A DNA stretch of 64,000 nt, taken from assembly GCF_001194135.2 (NCBI RefSeq), contig NC_068982.1, positions 104,846,991-104,910,990 of the forward strand, given 5' to 3'. The position numbers and the translations under genes were made by a program. This document shows positions 53,834 through 64,000 of the stretch, piece by piece. The notes beneath the pieces were generated by a model. The model worked only from the letters and a program-made list of their open reading frames with translations, searched no databases and was not told the origin of the DNA. This DNA is from Octopus bimaculoides (Eukaryota). The first letter of the stretch is position 1, and each line of letters opens with the position of its first letter.

Positions 53834-54757
53834 TAATTCTACATGTTTCATGTTCAAACTGGCTAGATCTGGCCTCTCCCATCAACCCTACAATGTCATT
53901 CTGAAATTAAACCATCACATCATGAAGATCTCGAAGCAACAAGATAATGTTTGATTAATTCAAAATTTAGACTGGCCATATCCCGCCAAATAATTCTACA
54001 TGTTTCATGTTCAAACTGGCTAGATCTGGCCTCTCCCATCAACCCTACAATGTCATTCTGAAATNNNNNNNNNNNNNNNNNNNNNNNNNNNNNNNNNNNN
54101 NNNNNNNNNNNNNNNNNNNNNNNNNNNNNNNNNNNNNNNNNNNNNNNNNNNNNNNNNNNNNNNNNNNNNNNNNNNNNNNNNNNNNNNNNNNNNNNNNNNN
54201 NNNNNNNNNNNNNNNNNNNNNNNNNNNNNNNNNNNNNNNNNNNNNNNNNNNNNNNNNNNNNNNNNNNNNNNNNNNNNNNNNNNNNNNNNNNNNNNNNNNN
54301 NNNNNNNNNNNNNNNNNNNNNNNNNNNNNNNNNNNNNNNNNNNNNNNNNNNNNNNNNNNNNNNNNNNNNNNNNNNNNNNNNNNNNNNNNNNNNNNNNNNN
54401 NNNNNNNNNNNNNNNNNNNNNNNNNNNNNNNNNNNNNNNAACTGGCTAGATCTGGCCTCTCCCATCAACCCTACAATGTCATTCTGAAATTAAACTATCA
54501 CATCATGAAGATCTCGAAGCAACAAGATAATGTTTGATTAATTCAAAATTTAGACTGGCCATATCTCGCCAAATAATTTTACATGTTTCATGTTCAAACT
54601 GGCTAGATCTGGCCTCTCCCATCAACCCTACAATGTCATTCTGAAATTAAACTATCACATCATGAAGATCTCGAAGCAACAAGGTAATGTTTGATTAATT
54701 CAAAACAATGTGACTAAATAAGCATTACTTTTGACAGAATAATCTGAATACTAAAGG
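53834..54757 (+). repeat. 157-bp tandem repeat array spanning an N-gap, derived from a MITE interior
   Basis: Period 157 on both sides of the gap (53834 to 53991; 54440 to 54597). Ends in TAATCTGAATACTAAAGG like the 20190 element. Confidence 0.85.
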
Positions 54758-55789
54758 ATGAAAGACAAAACACTGAGGATTGAATTCACAACTCTTTCTT
54801 CACACTAATCAAACTCACTAGCAATGGTGTCAAGGTTTTACAAATCTTGGCAACATCTTTAACAATGAGGAAATGTCACTGCTACCAACTATTTAATGAC
54901 CAATCACATTCAGATATTAGACTGAGCAAACAAGCCCTGGGTGGCCTTGCTTTACTGGCTAGTCTCACTCAGTATCTTATCTCTGTCCGACAACTGATTT
55001 CATTTAAAATGTTATCTCTGAATCTACACTGAACTACTCAATATCTAATCCCTGACTGTGATCCAGTGGTTAGCTTCACTTAGCACTTAGACTCTTAACC
55101 TTGCTCTTATAAGTAGTTTCTTTTATTAACAGATTTTACTATTAGTTTAACAATATCTCTCTATACAATTGTCAATCTTCTACAATATGATCAATATAAT
55201 TTATAATGGGATTAAATATATTTTTCTATCAATTTTCACATAAAGAAAATCTTTGTACTGCTAGAACCATAAAAATTTTCCAAGATTACTTTAAGATTCA
55301 ATAAAGATGATGCAATATTATTCTAAGTTGTAATTTATATTTCCCCAAATCTTCTGAGCTGAGTTACAAACCTTCATTATTTAACTCATTAACCTTGCTC
55401 CAATGTTTGTTTTGCCATACTGATAGGGAATAGTTAAGCTAGCAAAACAAACTTTTTTCTTTTATGTCTGTTTAACACTTGATCCCTTTATTTTCCTCTA
55501 AATATTCCTTAGTCAACCTTCACCTCAACTACAATGCACTGTCAGCTCAACGTAATATTTTTTTTTTTGACCATGGCACATTCAATATTGACTAAATAAA
55601 GCAAAAAATCAATGTTAAAGCACAAATTTAATTCAAACTATATAAAAATAATCAATTAAAAAGTATCATTTGCCATATCTAAAGAGTTAAAATAGCAGGA
55701 TTCTGAAAAAACTTGTCATACAACTCTTTCCTAATGCACAATAAAGGTGCATGGCCTAATGGTTATGGTGTTTGGCTCATGATCATAAG

Positions 55790-57037
55790 TTCTATATTTA
55801 AGAGATGAGGAATCATTATTTACATTTGATGGATATTTGTCCTCATCTTGTTTGTTGTTAACACATTTCGACTGATATACCCTCCAGCCTTCATCAGGTG
55901 TCTTGGGGAAATTTTGAACCTGGGTTCTCATTCCTAAGGTATTTTTTGATGTTATTATTATTATGATTCAGGTCATTGCCTGGAATTGAACTCAGAATCT
56001 TGGGGTCAGTAGCCCGCACTCTTAACCACCACACCATATCCCCGTGGGCAATTATGGAGTGAATTTTAGGGCTTATAAATCTAATATTCTCCTATCCTGC
56101 CTTAATACCGGTTCCCATATGTTATTCATATCTGCATTCGGTCTGCTTAGGAGGGTGTTGTGCTATTTCTTTTAGTTTTCGCATTTTCCAGTGGTGTTCC
56201 CTGTCTACTATTTTAATTTCATCCCACAAGGAGAGGTGGTCTCCATTTTTCCATACATGATCAGCTATACCTGATTTATCAATATCTCATGTCACAGCTT
56301 TGCGATGCTCCTCTACCCTTATTTTGAAGAGGTGGCATGTTTCACCTTTGTATAACCTACCACAGCTGCATGGGATGGAGTACACACAGTTTTTGGTCCA
56401 TTCTAATTATGAAGAAAAGAGGGGATGAAACCAATAAACTGTCCACAGTCTGTCAACCCTATCTGAAAGACATCTCCGAAAAGATACAAAAGATATGCAG
56501 CCCATATGATATCAGGACAGTATTCAAGAGTAATACAACACTTTGCAAATATCTCCTTCGAGTAAAACCACCAATAGAAGAGAATATGACCAAAAACTGT
56601 GTGTACTCCATCTGATGCAGCTGTGGTAGGTTATACAAAGGTGAAACATGCAGCCCCTCAAAATAAGGGTAGAGGAACATCACAAAGCTGTGACACAGGG
56701 AGATATTGATAAATCGGATATAGCCGATCATGTATGGAAATATGGAGACCACCTCCCTCTGTGGGATGAAGTTAAAATAATAGACAGAGAACACCACTGG
56801 AAAATATGAAAACTAAAAGAAGCAGCACATATGCTAGGGCACAACAACCTCCTAAGCAGACCGAGTGCAGATATGAATAATATATGGGAACCGGCATTAA
56901 GGCATTAAGGCAGGATAGGAGAATATTAGATTTATAAGCCCTAAAATTCACTCCATAATTGCCCACAGTCATATGGTGTAGTGGTTAAGAACGTGGGCTA
57001 CTAACCCCAAGATTCTAAGTTCAATTCCAGGCAGTGA

Positions 57038-57076
<39 letters not shown>

Positions 57077-57209
57077 TAATAATAACATCAAAAAATACCT
57101 TAGGAATGAGAACCCAGGTTCAAAATTTCCCCAAGACACCTGGAGGGTTCAGCCGAAAGGTTGTGTTAACAATATGAGGAGAAATATCCGTCAAATGTAA
57201 ATAATATGT
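55790..57209 (+). mobile_element. Second Penelope-like element (GIY-YIG 3' remnant) with about 600-bp inverted arms and a 13-bp TSD
   Basis: PYLKDISEKIQKIC..YDIRTVFKSNTTL..YL.RVK..NCVYSI*CSCGRLYKGET (GIY-YIG). Arms about 55808-56404 and 56581-57205. TSD TCATGATCATAAG at 55777-55789 and 57210-57222. Confidence 0.85.
55861..55902 (-). ncRNA. Hammerhead ribozyme remnant (helix III and cleavage triplet deleted)
   Basis: GACAC-CTGATGA-A-GGCTG-gagggtatat-CAGTC-GAAA-T-GTGTT. The sister copy at 57135-57167 keeps GAAA-GG-TT-GTGTT but lacks ATGAAGGCTG. Confidence 0.6.
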
Positions 57210-57748
57210 TCATGATCATAAGGTTTGGGGTTCAATTCCAAGACCAGGAGGCACATTATGTCCTTGAGCAAGGCACTTAATTTCATTGTTCCAGTGTAAT
57301 GAGTACCAGCTGGGTGCTGGTGCAGCCTTCTATCCTTTCAGCTGTCATATTTTGGATGCTCTGCTGGATCAAGGTTGAGAGGGCCAAGAGGATGCCTAAC
57401 TGTGATTACATAGATGCCTAAACCAATTAACAAAAGCACAATAAATATTACGAAGCCATACATGCTCACAAGTAACAGCTGGTGTACTGTATTCAAAATA
57501 CACAAATCTTACTGTAGCACACTTCTGGGCAATATGTGCCATTTAGTGCATCACTGATTCATATGACACTACCAATTGAACACTAACCACTGTGTTACTA
57601 GTATTTCCTTCAAATTGTAGCTAGTTTAGCTTTTGCTCTAGCCAGCCTTTTTTTTAATACCCTTTTTATCATGAGGAAAAAAACAAACATTTCTGGAGAC
57701 AATAAAATTTCACAATATATTTGAAAAATTTAGCAATTTTATACTTAC

Positions 57749-58237
57749 TCTTGTCAATATGCCACTAACAGGAGCTAGTTTTGGCGGTCCAGAATCTTTG
57801 CTATCTCTGCAGTCAACTCGTATTGGATGACTATAATTTAAATCTTCAGAGCTGTTTCTCACATTTGAGACTTTTAAAGCAGAGAAAGGGGACCGGGTTT
57901 CTTGTTTGTAGCATTCTTCAAGACTGTGATAATGGGAGGAGACCATTTGGTAATTACTACTCCGGGAATGGCACCCAGAAGATCGTGCACAATAACTGGA
58001 TGTAGTCATTAGTTGGCCATTTATAGAACTAGACAAGCGGCCATTTTTGTTGCCAGCTCTTATATAAGAATAGTCCTGGTGAGGAAGACTGCATGTTGGA
58101 TCAAAAATATATTTTACCTCTTGGGAATATGTGGAATAATTGGATGGTGGTTTGTAAATATCACTGGCGCTGTCACTGGCAGCATCACCCTCAATGCTCT
58201 GCTTATCCACACATTGCAGATTATTGCAAGTGGCCAT
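57749..58237 (-). CDS. LZTS2: LZTS/Fez1-family protein, first coding exon (163 aa)
   Basis: ATG at 58237 (the track's 58240 start is GTG). The ORF ends ...GPPKLAPVSGILTR followed by a consensus donor AGA|GTAAGT at 57749/57748, phase 0. Joining to 5447 rebuilds the LZTS motif PPKLxPVSGxL...RPxAFKPV. Confidence 0.85.
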
Positions 58238-58275
58238 CACTAAACTTTAATCCATATCTGAAACAAGAATTAAAT
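58238..58275 (-). promoter_or_regulatory. Splice acceptor and short 5' UTR part of the first coding exon; an upstream non-coding exon is implied
   Basis: ATTTAATTCTTGTTTCAG|ATATGGATTAAAGTTTAGTGATG; exon start 58257; in-frame TAA at 58249-58247. Confidence 0.6.
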
Positions 58276-58809
58276 AAAGAAAATTAAAATAACTATATAC
58301 ACATACACATAACACACACACACACACACAAACGCAGTTATATATACATATATACTCTCTGGGTAGGCAAGGTAGGGAGACATTTGATTCTTAAATAGAA
58401 GAGTATATGATTTCCAATTCTTTATAATATTAATTTAATGAAATTCAAATTATAATCCATTAAACAGTTAATATTTTGATGTTTGACAAAAGAATTTCAC
58501 TACCTTTCAGTATCATACTATTCAATTACACAGTGAGGTATGTATGCGTGTGTGTGTGTGCGTGCATGTGCATGCACGTGTGCATGTTGAATAGCTTGCT
58601 TCCAGTGAGCACTAATTTTTAGAGGTGGTGTGTTTCATGAGTAAATAAAATAGTAATAATTTCAATGATACAAAACTCTAGGAAGTAAGAATAATCCCTA
58701 GGAATAATCTCAGTACTACAACAAATAACTAAACTGTTTCTATACATGGAATGCTTTTTCCATTTGTTTGTAAACTCAACATACATATATGTGTGTTCCT
58801 TATTTGGAG

Positions 58810-59207
58810 TGTTTGACAGGATAAAGTTCCAATGACAGAATAAGGTTCCAGTGCAACAGGTGAAGCTTGATTTTAACTCAGAAGTCAGCAGGTCTCGCCT
58901 GGTTAAGCAGCTACTTCACATTGTAAGGTCATGACCCCAGAACTACATACATGTAGTTAGAATGCCACAAGAAAATATTGCAAGAGAGATTTTTCAAGCC
59001 AAGTCAACCAGCGGGAGACCTAAGAGGGAAAACCAAAACTGAGATGGAGGGATAATATCCATAGTCTCAGTTGGTCACAATTGGGAATCCAGTAGGAAAG
59101 TGTAATGATGGTTGCTTCTGATAGGATCCTACATGGAAGAGGTACCTCAGGACTCTAACCCCTGACCCTCCTAGGAATAGAGTGCAGTGAAAATGGATGG
59201 ATGGATA
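58810..59207 (+). mobile_element. RTE-clade LINE 3' fragment (Expander/Rex3-like), degenerate
   Basis: LLHIVRS*...HVVRMPQENIAREIFQAKSTSGRPK / KPKLRWRDNIHSLSWSQLGI, ending GAAAATGGATGGATGG. Confidence 0.75.
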
Positions 59208-61155
59208 CTATGTATGCTGTTCAGCCAGGTATTTTGCTATATTTAATTCAGTTTACTGATTTAGAAAATATCATTCTTGCTTCATAACTGAATGATTGCC
59301 ACAGGAAATACTATTCTAAACCAAAATTATTTGCTTCATATGGCCACTTGATTTCTTAGAACTCATAGTCAATTTCCCTCAAAGTGCACCCTACCTTCTA
59401 GAAAAAAAAGAAGTACGTATTAGATAATATAGTTTTAGACATATTATGCCTGAATAAAAGACAAGACAATCACAGCTAGAATGTTTTTGATGAGAGTCGA
59501 CTTGGGACTAAATAACTCACAAGGACTTGGTTATCTGTTCATGTTTAGACAGTATGGAGGCACATATGCATTAAATATACACATATGAATGACGTATGTT
59601 TGTAATTGTATAATTGTGCATGTATGAGATCACATCGATAAACATGTGCCTTTAATCATGCTAGAAACTGTATGCTGTGGGCAAATACTCATCAATGTAT
59701 CAAAAAAAAAAACCCGAAAAAAGTGCATGTGGTATTGAATTAATATGTGCCTAAAGATATGTTTATGTTTGCTGAAAGATTAAGCTCAAGGAGACAACAA
59801 CAACAACAGTATGAATAATAATAATGATGATGATGACAACAACAACAACAATAATAATAATAATAATAATAATAAACAAATACATAAATAAAAATCAAAG
59901 AAGGAAGAAAAAATACTAACAAGAGATCTGTTGTTGAAAGTAATGCTTTGAAGAAAGAAACGCGACATTGCAAATCAGGAAGATTTGTCTCATCTTGATA
60001 GAAAGTGAGCAGAATAATAAGTGAGAGAAAGTAAGGAAATAGATGGATAGATAGATAGATAGGTAGATAAAGATAGAGATATAGATAGATAGAGAGAAAG
60101 AGAGAGAGTAGGTCACAGATATTCACTAAAATGTGGTGAGTTGCCAGAAAAATTGGCGGTAAAAAAAGGCAAATGGCTATAGTTAAGGCAGACAATAACA
60201 TCTAAGATGTGCAAGTTATGTAAGAAGAAACCATTTAACAAGATATATATCTCAACATTCCATCCTTTATATGGTATCATTAACATACAAATACATATTG
60301 TACACATTTAGACACATCAATATGGATATATTACATATGTGCATGTTGCATCCTTCATGTGTATTTGCAATGAAGATATATGTATGGATATGTGGTTATT
60401 TGTATTTCTTTCTAAAAACACACACACACACACACAAACACACAAACACACAGTGACTGTATGCAAGTGTGTTTGTGTAAATGAGGAATTCGGTAAAAAC
60501 AATAAGTTTACTGTTCAGAAAAATCTTAGCATCAGAAATTTGGAAGCAAAACGCAGATAGAAGTTGGCAAAGATCTCAAAAGACAAGTAATACTATGTTG
60601 TTTCAACAACTTCTATGACAGCAACATAGAAAAGAAAAAAAAAATTATATAAAAGCTAAAATATAAGACAGCTGAGCTTCAATTAGTTGCGGATAATATG
60701 TCATTGTTGGTAATATCATTCCAGGTTACAGCATGAATCATTACCATGATATTTCTTGAAGGTCAAAGTAGAAAAAGAAAGTAAAAATTACAAACTAAGA
60801 AATAGAAATATAAATCAATGAAGACTTGCCAAATATTTATTTTTCCCTTCTAGATCTATGACAACGTTCATTTAGTTTTGTTAGTATCTGCTTGTTTTCA
60901 TGACCAAATGATTTAGACTTTGACCAATTTCATAGCTAATGTGCTTGTTTGTTGCATGTATTTTTTTTTTCCTTCCTTATTGGTTTAGTATTCACTTTTA
61001 GTTATCACTAAATAACTTTAGTTATTCTGGTGAACAGAAAACCTGAGTCTCGAATAGTTATGCTACATGAGAAGTTTCATTTGTTGGTGAAAGGGACTAG
61101 AACAGATTTGGGTTGGGAGGCTAAGTTCTAATATTAGCCAACTGGTTTTCTTTAT

Positions 61156-61548
61156 TGTTGTTGTTGTTGTTGGCACTCCGTCGCTTACGACGTCGAGGGT
61201 TCCAGTTGATCTGATCAACGGAACAGCCTGCTCGTGAAATTAACATGCAAGTGGCTGAGCACTCCACAGACACGTGTACCTTTAACGTAGTTCTCGGGGA
61301 TATTCAGCGTGACACAGTGTGACAAGGTTGACCCTTTGAATTACAGGCACAACAGAAACAGGAAGTAAGAGTGAGAGAAAGTTGTGGTGAAAGAGTACAG
61401 CAGGGTTCGCCACCATCCCCTGCTGGAGCCTCATGGAGCTTTAGGTGTTTTCGCTCAATAAACACTCACAACGCCCGGTCTGGGAATCGAAACCGGATCC
61501 TATGACCGCGAGTCCGCTGCCCTAACCACTGGGCCATTGCGCCTCCAC
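61156..61548 (-). mobile_element. SINE family A, full length
   Basis: Reverse complement of family A; TSD ACTGGTTTTCTTTAT. Confidence 0.9.
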
Positions 61549-62764
61549 TGGTTTTCTTTATACCCATTAAGAAAAGAAAGAACTAAATAAAGTATGTGCA
61601 AGAAAGTGCTCAGTGAGAAATTATTCATATATTTAGTTGAGAAGATACTCATGGCAGAGAAAATTTATCAAAGACAATATAGAAAGACAATGTGATAAGG
61701 AGAAATCTTGATAGACAAGAGGACGTAAGACTGAAGTAGGTGTTATGTTGTATTATCCACCCACCCACCCTGTACCGCAAAGTAAAACAGGTGTTAAAAT
61801 AAGAACACACACATGCACATAGGTAAAACTTAAAAGTTGAATGTTAGGTTCTGCAATGCACTGTTTCTGAAGTGAGCATCCTCGAGATACATGAATTTCA
61901 CCAGACTGACCGAGTTCAAGAAGCAGAGTATTTAGAACATTGATAGACACCAGAAAAGCACAATGATACATGAAGATCACATGCATAAGCTTCATGTGGC
62001 TTCTTTCTATTTAGACGCAAGGTTAGGAATTACACTGAACATACATCACCTTTGTCTTACTAAGAAAGTATAACATTTTCATAGTCTAATCTCACAACCG
62101 CCACCCTCAAACCTCAACTGTTTGACAATGGACAGCATAGAAGGCAAAAACAATAAGGTACAGAAAACTAGACAAGAGAGGCAGCTCTTGTGTCAAATGT
62201 CAAGACAAACTCCCAAAGGGCTGCAGGACAACTCACCACTGCAACCAGTATTTTGTTAGCCCATAATGCTGAAATGGACTTCTCTTGTGTGTAGTTTGGA
62301 GATTGATGGACTTCACCAAAGTTGATATGTTGTATCCAGATTACATAAAGATGCTGTTTTTGGTTTGAAAATAATGTTTAGAAATATGTTAAATTGTAAT
62401 AGGAAGTATCTTTAATAAAACAGATTTGTTTGAAACAATAATAATACATTAAAAAAAAAAAATTTGATTGCATGAAAAATAATGTATAAACACAGCTTTA
62501 CTTTGCTTTAAAATTCCTATGACATAACCAGCTTTTGGAAGAGACAGATGCGAACAGAATTACAATTTTTGTTGCTGTCATATTAAGGCGGTAGTTTATA
62601 TAGCAATCTTGTTTATCTGATAAAGATAAAATTTGCAGAAAAATAAAAGTTGGAATGGGTGTTGATTAACAGTTGGAATGCATATAGAAATTTGAATTAG
62701 TACACTGTGTAGTCTGTGTTACAATATGGAGGGTAAATATATATATATATATATACATATATAC

Positions 62765-62813
<49 letters not shown>

Positions 62814-63874
62814 CCTTGACTAAGATACTGCTAGGCAAATTACCCAAAAGGGTGACATACTGAAGCATCTTTTAGAAAATACTAGAAAATCAAAACTAAG
62901 ACACAAAAAACCCAATTATGTTTATATTATTTCAAGGATTCCTTTGCATTAAAAAGACCTAGATTGATGCCCAATGCAACAGCATAAACACCAAAAAGAA
63001 GTATCTTGTATTAATCAACAGACATCACCCCTTAATTAAATTTTTCAAATTGTTAAATAAAACCTATTTTGTTCCTTACAGAATACCAATTAGTAATGAC
63101 CAAAGAAAATTATGGTCCTGAAATATATAAATGAACTGCCAAATAACTATTTTCAGACTTTAAACTCTTTTGATATTAAATTTTTGTTGAAATACACTGC
63201 CTTTGTTTCAATTAATTTTGAAAATAATGAAATAACTATCTGGTGTTTGGAACATATTTTACATGAAATTTTGATGGTAGGTTTTAATTTAGATCACATT
63301 AAAACAAGGAATTCATTTTCACAGAGCCAGAAGCAATTTCAGGCAGTTAATATCAAAAGACTTAAATAAAGACTTCTCTGTGGTGAAAATCAATTCAATA
63401 AAAAACGCAAGTATACCTAACCATTTGCTTTTAATTTCTCTAAACATGAAATACCATGTACTTACTATTTCAAATGAACAGTTTCCTAAGACCACATTTA
63501 GACAAGCAGAGCAGTAGCCATGCTCTTTTGAAATAAAAATAAAACAAACAAACAAGAGAAACACTGCTATACACTATTTAACTTATTCTAACAGAAATAA
63601 AACTAAAAGCTTCCTTCACACAATTTCAGGTTGGCATATTGGTCTGAATGAGTTCATTGCATTAGAAATTGCTTAAGGAAGAGCTTCCGATAGTAAAATG
63701 TCTGCTTCAAAAAGTCTCAGAAAGACCATTGGATATCAGGAATATAGAAAACCATGACATCACCAAAGTGTTTTAATGCCTTCTTTTCTATGCTGGAATG
63801 AATAGAATGAATCTGAAAAACAGTACCTAGAATAATATCCTCAGACTGGATTCTAAGTTTTCTTTTGTCTATCC

Positions 63875-64000
63875 CAGTGGTTCTTAACTGGGGTTCATAT
63901 AAGATTTTTGGGGTTCCACACAACAAAATAATAAATTGGGGATCTACAATATTATTTTAAGGGCCACTGAAAAAAACTTTTACTCTCGGTGTATGTATTG
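63875..64000. mobile_element. Left end of a hAT-like MITE, running off the window
   Basis: CAGTGGTTCTTAAC terminus. Confidence 0.45.

Larger units (their letters stand above)
715..54439. other. Eight assembly gaps (N runs)
   Basis: 715-1594, 12016-12629, 24696-24732, 34892-35069, 43182-43307, 47398-47549, 51032-51042, 54065-54439. Confidence 0.98.
5448..57748 (-). other. 52,301-nt GT-AG phase-0 intron of the LZTS-like gene
   Basis: Donor GTAAGT at 57748 and acceptor polypyrimidine-CAG at 5448. Frame and protein motif are continuous across the junction; no intervening coding exon was recognised. Confidence 0.75.
1..64000. repeat. Abundant microsatellites: (AT)n, (AC)n, (AG)n, (AAT)n, (GAT)n, (GGT)n, (ATCA)n, (GATA)n
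   Basis: Examples: 1595-1650, 10779-10802, 25860-26230, 32860-32930, 36140-36390, 41030-41090, 42700-42810, 43106-43181, 59795-59880, 62735-62810. Most N-gaps abut such tracts. Confidence 0.95.

Noticed and set aside
684-54537. Long ORF-track entries full of X (e.g. 684-1714, 11922-12737, 34837-35106, 42993-43387, 47304-47654, 53920-54537)
   Set aside because: Artefacts of N-gaps, which contain no stop codons.
25933-60201. Low-complexity ORFs (poly-I, poly-L, CVCV, YIYI, HHH, LTLTLGLG; e.g. 33454-33767, 36139-36737, 51758-52345, 59740-60201)
   Set aside because: Translations of microsatellites, telomeric repeats or antisense transposon sequence; no domain signature.

Overview
AT-rich, microsatellite- and SINE-dense animal genomic DNA with 8 N-gaps. 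The repeat repertoire suggests an octopus or other coleoid cephalopod; this is an inference, not checked against a database. One protein-coding gene is supported, on the minus strand: an LZTS/Fez1-family leucine-zipper gene. It has two coding exons (57749-58237 and 4212-5447, about 574 aa) joined across a 52.3-kb phase-0 intron that splits the conserved PPKL.PVSG.L / RP.AFKPV motif. Almost everything else is intronic transposon material: several tRNA-headed SINE families, RTE- and CR1/Jockey-type LINE fragments, an internally deleted DD37D (maT) transposon, hAT-, piggyBac- and Merlin-like MITEs, and three fold-back Penelope-like elements. The most notable signals are: (1) minimal hammerhead-ribozyme motifs in all three Penelope-type palindromes, each damaged in the copy lying in the host-gene sense direction; (2) a tRNA-like Pol III cassette inside one Penelope terminal repeat; (3) a candidate recursive splice site with a stop-containing RS-exon at 45182; (4) a MITE built around a (CCCTAA)n-(TTAGGG)n palindrome; (5) several long intronic hairpins that would be good ADAR substrates. 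No prokaryotic systems, CRISPR arrays or true tRNA/rRNA genes are supported.
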